Positions 7,871 to 15,595 of a stretch of DNA of 43,100 nt are shown piece after piece; position 1 is the stretch's first letter, and each line of letters starts with the position of its first letter. Under the pieces are notes generated by a model. That model worked only from the letters and a program-made list of their open reading frames with translations, was not told the origin of the DNA and ran no database searches. The DNA is from Fidelibacterota bacterium (lineage in GTDB: Bacteria; Fidelibacterota; JAANXI01): contig JAANXI010000062.1 of assembly GCA_018263365.1 (NCBI GenBank), positions 1-43,100 of the forward strand, given 5' to 3'. The position numbers were made by a program, and so were the translations under genes.

Positions 7871-9160
7871 TTAATCAGGAATACCCGTCTCAGTCGGATT
7901 CTCCGGATCGGCGCTCCACTCGAACCAGCCGCCGTCAAACACTGACACTCTCGGCCAGCCCATGAGCCAGGCATTGTAGAACGCTTCGCTGCCGCGCCAG
8001 CCGGTCCCGCAGTAAAACGCCAGGTGCTTATCCGGTGTGATGTCCGCTTCCCTCCATATTTCCGCAATTTCGTGATATTCACGGGTGGTGTGATCCAGGT
8101 TGCGGTAATTTTCCATGTGATACGCATCGCTGCCGCAGTTACCAAAGATGGCGCCGGGAATCCTCCCGGTCGGTTCGATATAATTGTATCCACTGACCTC
8201 GCCGATGAACTCCGGCCAGCTGCGAACGCTGACCAGGTCACCGTCGGAGGACTGCAGTAACTCTTTCGCTTCCGGCAAATCGACGAACAGCTTCGGTCTC
8301 CCGGGGATTTTCGCACCGAAGTCGCTGATGGGCTCGGGTTTGTTTGCTTCAGTGGTCAACTCATACCCTGCATCTTCCCAGGACTGGATGCCGCCGTTCA
8401 ATACTCTGACGTCTTCCACCCCGGCGTACATCATAATTGCTGCGCAGCGGATGGCACCCAAATGCCCGGCGCTACTGCCGGGATACGGATCTTCATTTTT
8501 CGGATACGAGAACCGTCCATACACGATGACCGTCGTATCAGGTGCAATCCCGTGCTCTTCCAGCGCTGCCTTCAGTTCCTCCGGCGAGCGTCGATTCCAG
8601 GTTTCGGGTGACTCAAGCGCCCGGGTATCCATAGAAATCGCGCCAGGGATATGTCCTGCGGCGTAATCATCGGGATTCCGGTAGTGAGCATGGACAAGCA
8701 CGTATTTGTCGTTGTCATAGTGCTGCGGTTTTTCACCAGCCAAGACAGAATGCAGCCACTCCGGCGGGACGAGATGTCTGTGTCTCTGCAGCCGATCCAT
8801 AGGCAGATCAGGATCAGCAACCCACTCGTTCAGAAAACCGTAGTAGACACGAATTTTATCGTATCCTGTTTTGGCAAACATTTCAGCAACTTGGTCTGTG
8901 TTTGCCACATCGTATCCATACAGGATGATGGTTTTTTCCGGTGTGATATCCTTGGACTGAACGATCTCAATCCAGTCCATATATCTTGTCCATTTTGCCG
9001 GCAAACTCTTTGCACCCCGGATATGTCCACCCCGGGATTCTCCTCGGAGCGCCCAGCCGTTGTAGGCATCGATGGATCGCACATCCAGCAGGATGGCATC
9101 ATCTTGAGATAATAATTTTTGAAGGTCGCCTGTTGAAATTTCCTGAACATTATTTTCCAT
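7871..9160 (-). CDS. Multi-domain rhodanese-family sulfurtransferase (three rhodanese modules, only the C-terminal one catalytic)
   Basis: 429 aa. Module 1 (LLDVRSIDAY...GHIRGAKSLP...IILYGYD) and module 2 (GHIPGAISMD...VIVYG) lack the active-site Cys. Module 3 has RIPGAI... and the catalytic loop FYCGTGWRGSEA. Confidence 0.85.
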   Translation of the reverse strand: MENNVQEISTGDLQKLLSQDDAILLDVRSIDAYNGWALRGESRGGHIRGAKSLPAKWTRYMDWIEIVQSKDITPEKTIILYGYDVANTDQVAEMFAKTGYDKIRVYYGFLNEWVADPDLPMDRLQRHRHLVPPEWLHSVLAGEKPQHYDNDKYVLVHAHYRNPDDYAAGHIPGAISMDTRALESPETWNRRSPEELKAALEEHGIAPDTTVIVYGRFSYPKNEDPYPGSSAGHLGAIRCAAIMMYAGVEDVRVLNGGIQSWEDAGYELTTEANKPEPISDFGAKIPGRPKLFVDLPEAKELLQSSDGDLVSVRSWPEFIGEVSGYNYIEPTGRIPGAIFGNCGSDAYHMENYRNLDHTTREYHEIAEIWREADITPDKHLAFYCGTGWRGSEAFYNAWLMGWPRVSVFDGGWFEWSADPENPTETGIPD

Positions 9161-9510
9161 AGATAATCTGCCTGTCGCTAATAGTTACCGTTTCCGTCTG
9201 AACAAAAAGATGTCGGAAAAATAGGTTTGCGGCTCCATAATCGCAATAATTCAGGAGTGTCTGAAGCTAAAATAGGCTCATTTGAGTAATTCTCCTGGCA
9301 GGCCTGTCATGCGACTGCTCTGGAATCATCAGGAAAACCCTAAACTGCTCTAGGTTGACAGATATTTTGAAGTGATATGAAATGGTTCTGTAGATTACTC
9401 CATGAAAAAAACGGGGTATGCTAGCTTGCACTTCAGCTGGCAATTCCCTGAAAGTCATAATAAATTATATAATTACACAAAATTGAAAATAATGAGAGAC
9501 AGAGGATTAC

Positions 9511-10770
9511 ATGAGTCAACAAAATCTGATATTTATCACCCTGGATGCCGTGCGTCCGGATCATTTCAGCTGTTACGGTTACGACCGGTTCGAAACAAAG
9601 GGCATCGACGAAATCGCCGCCGAGGGCACGCTCTTCGAGAACAACATTTGTGCTTCCTGTCTGACGCCGATTTCCCACGCCACCATGTTGACCGGAAAAC
9701 AGCCCCAGAAACACGGTATTCGTCATCCCTTTTCCAAGGTCAAATCCAAGACGATTACTGAGATGATGAAGGAACAGGGCTACAGCACCGCCGGATTCGT
9801 CGGCATTAATTTCCTCGGTTCCACCCACGGCTTTGCTAAAGGTTTTGATTATTACAACGAGCCGACCAGCGAGTCCAGCTGGAACTCCAAGGAATATAAA
9901 AAAGACGACGAAACCATGCAGACCCTCTGGGGCAACTGGTGGATTCCAGACATGCTGGACTGGATGCAAAATCACGATGACAAGCCGTTCTTCATCTGGG
10001 CACATTATTTTGAGGTCCATTTCCTCTCGGAAAAATGGCTCCTGTATTCCGGCAAGATGCCCAAAGATGAGCTCTCCGACTGGGCGTACTATGACGGCAA
10101 ACTCAAGTACATGGACGAGCACTTTATCCAGCCGATGAACCAGCAGTTGAAAGATCTCGGCATCTGGGATAATACGGCCATTGCGTTGACCTCCGATCAC
10201 GGCGAAACCCTCGGTCCGGATAATCCCAATTGGGAGGATTACTATTTCAATTACCCACAGCACAAGACCATGCTGGAGGACGACATCCGCGTGCCGCTGA
10301 TATTCAAAGGCGCCGACGTTCCTAAAGGAAAACGTATCAAAAATACCACTACCGCAGTAGATTTGGTGCCGACCATCCTCGATTTCATGGATATCGATAC
10401 CGAAGAGGAATTCGACGGTCGCAGCCTCACGCCACTCTTTCACGATGAAGAACTGGATGAAACGGTCGCGTACGGTGAAGAACTCTACGAGGAACGTGGC
10501 AAGGGACCGCTGCAGTTTGTCCGGACCGATACGTATAAGCTTATCCGGAATCCGTCCGCCGGCGAAGAGGAATTCTACAATCTGGCAGAAGACCCCGGCG
10601 AGACGGATAACCGCATCGAAAAATTGACTGTTGAGGAAGCTGAAGTTGCCGAAAGATTCCGGAAAATCATGACGGATCAGTATGAAGGCTACCGTTCGGA
10701 TGATGCCGGTTTTACCGATGAAGAGTCAAAAAAGATCGAGGAGCGACTGCGGGACTTAGGATACATTTAA
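9511..10770 (+). CDS. Alkaline-phosphatase-superfamily metalloenzyme, sulfatase fold, with Thr rather than Cys/Ser at the nucleophile position (phosphodiesterase / pyrophosphatase-like)
   Basis: 419 aa. Sulfatase-like blocks NLIFITLDAVRPDHFSCYGY, ALTSDHGETLG and IRVPLIFKG. The nucleophile block reads C-L-T52-P-I-S-H-A-T-M-L-T-G-K-Q-P-Q-K-H-G-I, not C-x-P-x-R-x4-TG. GAGGA lies 5 nt before the ATG. No signal peptide is evident. Confidence 0.75.
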   Translation: MSQQNLIFITLDAVRPDHFSCYGYDRFETKGIDEIAAEGTLFENNICASCLTPISHATMLTGKQPQKHGIRHPFSKVKSKTITEMMKEQGYSTAGFVGINFLGSTHGFAKGFDYYNEPTSESSWNSKEYKKDDETMQTLWGNWWIPDMLDWMQNHDDKPFFIWAHYFEVHFLSEKWLLYSGKMPKDELSDWAYYDGKLKYMDEHFIQPMNQQLKDLGIWDNTAIALTSDHGETLGPDNPNWEDYYFNYPQHKTMLEDDIRVPLIFKGADVPKGKRIKNTTTAVDLVPTILDFMDIDTEEEFDGRSLTPLFHDEELDETVAYGEELYEERGKGPLQFVRTDTYKLIRNPSAGEEEFYNLAEDPGETDNRIEKLTVEEAEVAERFRKIMTDQYEGYRSDDAGFTDEESKKIEERLRDLGYI

Positions 10771-10774
10771 GGAA

Positions 10775-10842
10775 ATATTGCGTACTGCGTATTACGTAAA
10801 AAGACAATGAGGTGCACCTTTACGCAATACGAAATACGTAAT
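10775..10842. repeat. Heptamer array (ATTGCGT ACTGCGT ATTACGT aaaaag) plus its imperfect inverted copy (ctttacgcaatacgaaatacgtaat): long imperfect hairpin
   Basis: Left arm 10775-10803, loop acaatgaggtgcac (10804-10817), right arm 10818-10842. About 21 of 25 positions pair after a 2-nt A bulge. It starts 4 nt after the stop codon at 10768-10770. Confidence 0.7.
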
Positions 10843-10918
10843 AGTCAGTCTTTCACCTTTGCCGTCTCACGTTTCACGATTAGAGTGAGGACTCTGGACA
10901 CATGACTCGTGACAACTA

Positions 10919-10982
10919 TAACACGGTAACACAATAACACGGTGTTACTTGAACACCTGAACACTTTAACACTTGAGCACTC
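10919..10982. repeat. Eight consecutive 8-nt units (taacacgg taacacaa taacacgg tgttactt gaacacct gaacactt taacactt gagcactc), the reverse-orientation GTGTTANN family
   Basis: Seen directly. The array ends one base before the ATG at 10984. Positions 10944-10972 match the reverse complement of 19023-19051 at 28 of 29 positions. Confidence 0.8.
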
Positions 10983-10983
10983 A

Positions 10984-11553
10984 ATGAACTCTATTGTAAT
11001 CGTCTCCGGGCTGCCGCGCTCCGGGACTTCCATGATGATGAAAATGCTGGAGGCAGGCGGACTGGAAGTCGTCACCGATGATATCCGCAAGGCGGACGAG
11101 GACAATCCCAAGGGTTACTACGAATTTGAACAGGTCAAGCAGATCAAGGACGACCAGTCCTGGCTGCCGGGGTGCCAGGGGAAAGTGGTGAAAATGGTCT
11201 CCAGACTGCTACTGGATTTACCGGAGAACTGGGACTACAAGATCATTTTCATGCGCCGGAAACTGGAAGAAATTCTCGCATCCCAGCGGAAAATGCTGGA
11301 GCGGAGCGGCAAACGGGCGCCCAGTAAAGAGGAAGACGCCGAAATGGCGGCCCTCTTCGAACGCCACCTGGATCACGTAGACCAATGGATGGAGCAGCAA
11401 TCCAACGCGGATTTCATCCATGTCAGCTACAATAAAACAATCCGCTCTCCGCAGGAAACAGCAGAAAAAGTGACCGCCTTTCTTGGCCGCGATCTCGACG
11501 TGGAAAAAATGTTGACTGTAGTCGACACGAATTTATATCGCCAGCGGAAATAA
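10984..11553 (+). CDS. Sulfotransferase-family protein (PAPS-dependent type, small soluble)
   Basis: 189 aa from the ATG at 10984 (MNSIVIVSGLPRSGTSMMMKML). GLPRSGTS resembles the 5'-phosphosulfate-binding P-loop, and IIFMRRKLEEILAS resembles the 3'-phosphate-binding block. The TTG-initiated extension in the ORF track (10942) only translates the repeat array. Confidence 0.7.
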   Translation: MNSIVIVSGLPRSGTSMMMKMLEAGGLEVVTDDIRKADEDNPKGYYEFEQVKQIKDDQSWLPGCQGKVVKMVSRLLLDLPENWDYKIIFMRRKLEEILASQRKMLERSGKRAPSKEEDAEMAALFERHLDHVDQWMEQQSNADFIHVSYNKTIRSPQETAEKVTAFLGRDLDVEKMLTVVDTNLYRQRK

Positions 11554-11555
11554 TC

Positions 11556-12179
11556 TCAGTTATTCACCGTTCCCAGTACCAGAAAGATCTCACTCCCGGG
11601 TGTTACATGTTCAAAAGCCTGTTCCCGGTGAAAAGTTAACTGATCGCTATAGCGAGCCTTGATATCCTCGAGCGAGTCAAAGTACCGTAGGTGATCCTCG
11701 GCATCAAAGTTCGGCACCGAAAACAGGATATTCGTTCCGCCCCGAATCTTTTTTAAGATGGCGATATCTTCCCCGATATGCTCGAAGAATTCGAACGCGA
11801 TCACCAGATTGCAATCCCACCTCTGGTACACAGTGTCGTTGAAAGCATTTTCCACGGTAAATTTGCCGGCATGGTCCGGATTGTTTTCTCTGGCGAGTTC
11901 GATAGCCCGGGGACTGAAATCAAATCCGAGATACGAGGTGATCTCGTTTTCGAATAGCATCTGCGCAAACTGCCCCGGACCACAGGCAATCTCAAGAATG
12001 GACGGTCTATCCATCTCCCGGATCCACCGGACCGCCTCCTGCCAGACGTGAAAGTACATGCTGTCAGAATAGTGTTTATGGTATTCACCCTGCCACCCGC
12101 CGGATTTGTATTTCTTATCGTAATACCGCGGCGCCCGGTCAGGATCCCTGCTGAAAAATTTTTTAAATAACGAAAGCAC
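11556..12179 (-). CDS. Class I SAM-dependent methyltransferase
   Basis: 207 aa with a GTG start preceded by GGGAAG. Motif I is ILEIACGPGQFAQML, followed by GFDFSPRAIELAR and post-I acidic residues. Convergent with the sulfotransferase gene, leaving a 2-nt gap. Confidence 0.75.
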   Translation of the reverse strand: MLSLFKKFFSRDPDRAPRYYDKKYKSGGWQGEYHKHYSDSMYFHVWQEAVRWIREMDRPSILEIACGPGQFAQMLFENEITSYLGFDFSPRAIELARENNPDHAGKFTVENAFNDTVYQRWDCNLVIAFEFFEHIGEDIAILKKIRGGTNILFSVPNFDAEDHLRYFDSLEDIKARYSDQLTFHREQAFEHVTPGSEIFLVLGTVNN

Positions 12180-12319
12180 ACTGTCTTCCCACTTCCTGCT
12201 TGTAAGGACGGCCTAATATAGAATGCTCCGCCGGTAAAATGAACAGGAAAAACATGCATGGATTTCTTAATCTGATTTTATACCTTTCATCCAATTGAAG
12301 AAATCCTATGACGCTCTGA

Positions 12320-13444
12320 ATGAAAAAACCACTCTCCATTCTCATCCTACATCCCTGGATGTGTATCCGCGTAATAAAGCAGGCCTACGCATTGCTGAAC
12401 GAAGGACACTGCCTCTATTTCATTGTGGATAAGCCGGAGTCGCTCCCTTCTGATATTCAAAAACAAGCCGCGGGTATCCGGTACTTCCGATACAAGCTTA
12501 CCTGGTGGCGGCGCTGGTACTACCGGCGCTTAGTCGGGAAGTACTTGGATTACATCGACGTAATACATTGCCACAATGAGCCAAACCGCCATACACTTGA
12601 TGCAGTCAGGGCAAGCGAAGGAAGGGCGCCGGTTATCTACGACATTCACGATTTCACCTCCCTGCGGAAGGGAAAGCCGGATTCCACAGAAGAGAAGTGT
12701 TTTGACCAGGTGGACGGTATTGTCCATTCCGCAGACTCCTTTCGGAATATCGCCAAACGAAAGTACCCGGAAGCAAAACAGCAAAATATCGTCCTTTACA
12801 GCACACCGTCTCGGACGCAACTGCGGGGGAGTGAAGTCCTGCCAAAGATCGCTTCTGCACGGGAGGAAATCCACCTGGTTTATCAGGGCGGACTCATCGA
12901 TGAAAACTCCACCAACGCCGATCTGTTTAGCTACAGGGATTATCTCGACATTTTCCGATCCATTCTGAATGAAGGATTCCATCTACACCTATATTGTGCG
13001 TACGACAAAATCCCGACGGGATATCAACAGTTAGCCAGTGGTTTTCCGGAAAAACTCCATCTTAATGCGAGAGTTCCATATCCCGAGCTCCTTACCACCA
13101 TGAGCCGGTTCCACTGGGGGCTTACCGGGTTTAACTTCAGCAACCTTCGGAGTGAAACGACCCGGGAGTTTTTACACTCGGTGGTCCCGAACAAAATGTT
13201 TGACTATCTGCACGCAGGTATTCCCACCCTCGTGTTCAATGCCAACGCTGCAAGCCGGATAGCACGGGAGTACGGCTTCGGACTGGAAAAGGCTGAAGAG
13301 GAATCCTGGGCTGATGTCTTGGATCGGGGCGCATCAATGCTCAAAAAGGACTTGACCCCGGCGGCGGAATCCCTGACGATGGAGTCCCAAATCCCGAGGC
13401 TGGTGAGCCTCTATCGATCATGGACCGGAATCCGTAAATCATGA
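12320..13444 (+). CDS. GT-B fold glycosyltransferase (GT4-like)
   Basis: 374 aa. HCHNEPN...VIYDIHDF N-domain blocks and the C-domain VPNKMFDYLHAGIPTLV (E/K-x7-E-like nucleotide-sugar binding region). Confidence 0.7.
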   Translation: MKKPLSILILHPWMCIRVIKQAYALLNEGHCLYFIVDKPESLPSDIQKQAAGIRYFRYKLTWWRRWYYRRLVGKYLDYIDVIHCHNEPNRHTLDAVRASEGRAPVIYDIHDFTSLRKGKPDSTEEKCFDQVDGIVHSADSFRNIAKRKYPEAKQQNIVLYSTPSRTQLRGSEVLPKIASAREEIHLVYQGGLIDENSTNADLFSYRDYLDIFRSILNEGFHLHLYCAYDKIPTGYQQLASGFPEKLHLNARVPYPELLTTMSRFHWGLTGFNFSNLRSETTREFLHSVVPNKMFDYLHAGIPTLVFNANAASRIAREYGFGLEKAEEESWADVLDRGASMLKKDLTPAAESLTMESQIPRLVSLYRSWTGIRKS

Positions 13445-14463
13445 AAATCCTGATTTACTCCCCGAACTGGATCGGCGATGCGGTCATGGCCCTTCCCATG
13501 ATCAGGCGGACAAGGAAGGCCTTTCCCGGAGCAGAGTTTACCGTTTTTGCCAGGGACTGGGTAGCCCCGGTCTGCAGGTTTCTCGGAGAAGTCGATCTCA
13601 TTGTGGAGTTTTCCCGGGACGAGATAAAATCTTTCTGGTCCCGTCGCCGGATTATCAAATCATTGAAACAGGAAGATTACGATCAGGTCTTTCTGCTGCC
13701 GGACTCCTTTTCCACAGCTATGACGATGTTTCGGGCGCGCATTCCCGAGCGGATCGGTTATACCGGACAGTTCCGTTCTTGGATGCTGACCCGCCGGTAT
13801 CCCCTGGATATCGGAAGGACAATGCACCGATCGGATAAATACTGTCACCTCCTCACCGGTTACGCCGATAACGTTGAAATGGGATCACCGCCGCGCTTTG
13901 ACGGCCTGGAGGTTGGTCCGGTTGATTTGCCGGACTCGTGGGATAAATCGGCAATTACGATAGGCATAAACCCGCATTCGGTCGCCACCTCCCGCCGCTG
14001 GCCGGAGGAGTACTGGGTGCAGCTTTTCGAATCCTTTACGAATGAGAACATTCAGTTCGTTATTTTCGGAGGGGTAGATGCCAGGTCTATTGGTGATTCG
14101 ATCAGGAGTCAAACCAGCGCCGCGGTGCTGAACCAGGCCGGAAAAACTACCCTGAAAGAATCTATCCGGCTTATGGGCGAATGCCGGATATTTATTTCGA
14201 ATGATTCAGGTCCGATGCATATTGCAGATGCAGCCGGTGTCCCGACCATCGGATTATGGGGTGCGGGGAATACGGCGAAAACCGGACTCCGGTCGGAGCA
14301 TTCGGTCAATATCAACGCGGATGTGTACTGCAGTCCCTGTGAAAAGAACCACTGTATAAACAAGGAAGAGCCGATGCTCTGTATGCATTCGGTCACCCCA
14401 GATTGGGTGCGGGACAGCGCAAAAGACATGCTGAATAGTGCCCGCCCGGGGGGAGGCGTATAG
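13441..14463 (+). CDS. GT9 ADP-heptose:LPS heptosyltransferase family protein
   Basis: 340 aa. MKILIYSPNWIGDAVMALPMI N-terminus and ISNDSGPMHIADAAGVPTIGLWG, both hallmark GT9 (RfaC/RfaF) blocks. ATGA start/stop overlap with the upstream glycosyltransferase. Confidence 0.85.
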   Translation: MKILIYSPNWIGDAVMALPMIRRTRKAFPGAEFTVFARDWVAPVCRFLGEVDLIVEFSRDEIKSFWSRRRIIKSLKQEDYDQVFLLPDSFSTAMTMFRARIPERIGYTGQFRSWMLTRRYPLDIGRTMHRSDKYCHLLTGYADNVEMGSPPRFDGLEVGPVDLPDSWDKSAITIGINPHSVATSRRWPEEYWVQLFESFTNENIQFVIFGGVDARSIGDSIRSQTSAAVLNQAGKTTLKESIRLMGECRIFISNDSGPMHIADAAGVPTIGLWGAGNTAKTGLRSEHSVNINADVYCSPCEKNHCINKEEPMLCMHSVTPDWVRDSAKDMLNSARPGGGV

Positions 14464-14464
14464 G

Positions 14465-15595
14465 ATGGCAAAGGACCTCACTGGATATACCGTGATCTGC
14501 TTTTCACCTAACGACTGGTTTGGACTTCAGACCAGCAAGCAGCACCTGATGCGACAGTTTGCCAAATCGAACAAGATTATCTACGTGGAACCGGTAAAGG
14601 AGATTTTTTCCGTACTGGGGCGCCGCTCCCGGTGGTATAAATTCCGACGATCCCGCCTCGTTGCGCCAAATATCCGGGTGGTCAGTCCTGTGTCCGTTAT
14701 CATCCACAAGCGCCACAAATGGATCCGCCAGTTCAATCAGCATCTGAAGCTGTTTTTCCTTAGGCGGCATTTGAACCCGGAACAGGAACGATATATACTC
14801 TGGGCATACAATCCGTCAGCCCATGTGTATTTCTCAAATCTGCCTGCGGAGCTCAAGGTTTACTTCATCGCTGATGAATACGCCGCGGCCAGTGGAACGG
14901 TCTCGCCCTTTATTCAGTCCGAAGAGGAGAAAACGCTGCGGCAGGCGGACATCGTCTTTGCCATCACTCCGGAACTGGCCGATCAGAAACAACGAATGAA
15001 CGAAAATATTCACGTAGCCAGGAATGCCGTGGACACCTCGCTCTTCCGGCCGGAGCAGACTTACCCTGTACCGGAACCTCTCCGGCATGTCTCCTCGCCA
15101 GTGATCGGTTACATCGGCTCCTTCCGGCACTGGGTGGATGTCGAATTGATTGTTAAGGCGGCAAATCAAATACCGGAATTCCGGTTTGTGCTGGCCGGTC
15201 CGGGACTTGGGCAACACAATTTTCCAGAGAATGTCACCACCGTCGGCAAAATTCCGTATGAGGACGTCCCTAAATATATCTCTGGTTTCGACGTTGGGAT
15301 CATTCCGTTCAAAAATATCGAGTACGCCAGACATGCCGACCCGCTGAAGCTCTACGAATACTTGATTCTTGGGAAACCGGTGGTCTCCATTGGGGTAGAT
15401 TCGGTTACTCCAGTGCCCGGTGTGGTTTATACGGCGGCAACGGAAGACGAGTTTATATCGCATCTGAAGGTCGCCTGGGAGGACCGGTCCGAAAGCCGGG
15501 ACATTGCCGTAGAAATCGGGCAGCAGAACTCCTGGGAGGAGCGCACTGATTTTATCACTAAAAAACTCACCGGACAGCTCTATGCCACAGATTAA
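14465..15595 (+). CDS. Glycosyltransferase (GT4-like, TuaH-type)
   Basis: 376 aa from the ATG at 14465, 1 nt after the upstream stop. VICFSPNDWFGLQTSKQHLMRQFAK..IIYVEP N-terminus; VIGYIGSFRHWVD and ADPLKLYEYLILGKPVVS C-domain blocks. Confidence 0.7.
   Translation: MAKDLTGYTVICFSPNDWFGLQTSKQHLMRQFAKSNKIIYVEPVKEIFSVLGRRSRWYKFRRSRLVAPNIRVVSPVSVIIHKRHKWIRQFNQHLKLFFLRRHLNPEQERYILWAYNPSAHVYFSNLPAELKVYFIADEYAAASGTVSPFIQSEEEKTLRQADIVFAITPELADQKQRMNENIHVARNAVDTSLFRPEQTYPVPEPLRHVSSPVIGYIGSFRHWVDVELIVKAANQIPEFRFVLAGPGLGQHNFPENVTTVGKIPYEDVPKYISGFDVGIIPFKNIEYARHADPLKLYEYLILGKPVVSIGVDSVTPVPGVVYTAATEDEFISHLKVAWEDRSESRDIAVEIGQQNSWEERTDFITKKLTGQLYATD

Noticed and set aside
9161-9510. ORFs 9267..9458(-) and 9402..9761(+), and a TTGACA-N17-TGAAAT promoter-like string (9354-9382), in the rhodanese/sulfatase-like divergent spacer
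   Set aside because: The ORFs have no motifs, and one runs into the real gene out of frame. The promoter match is weak and the lineage may not use sigma70 consensus. Not reported as features.
10942-10983. TTG-initiated N-terminal extension of the sulfotransferase ORF
   Set aside because: It translates the 8-nt tandem array (LLEHLNTLTLEHS). The family-typical N-terminus (MNSIVIVSGLPRSGT) begins at the ATG at 10984.
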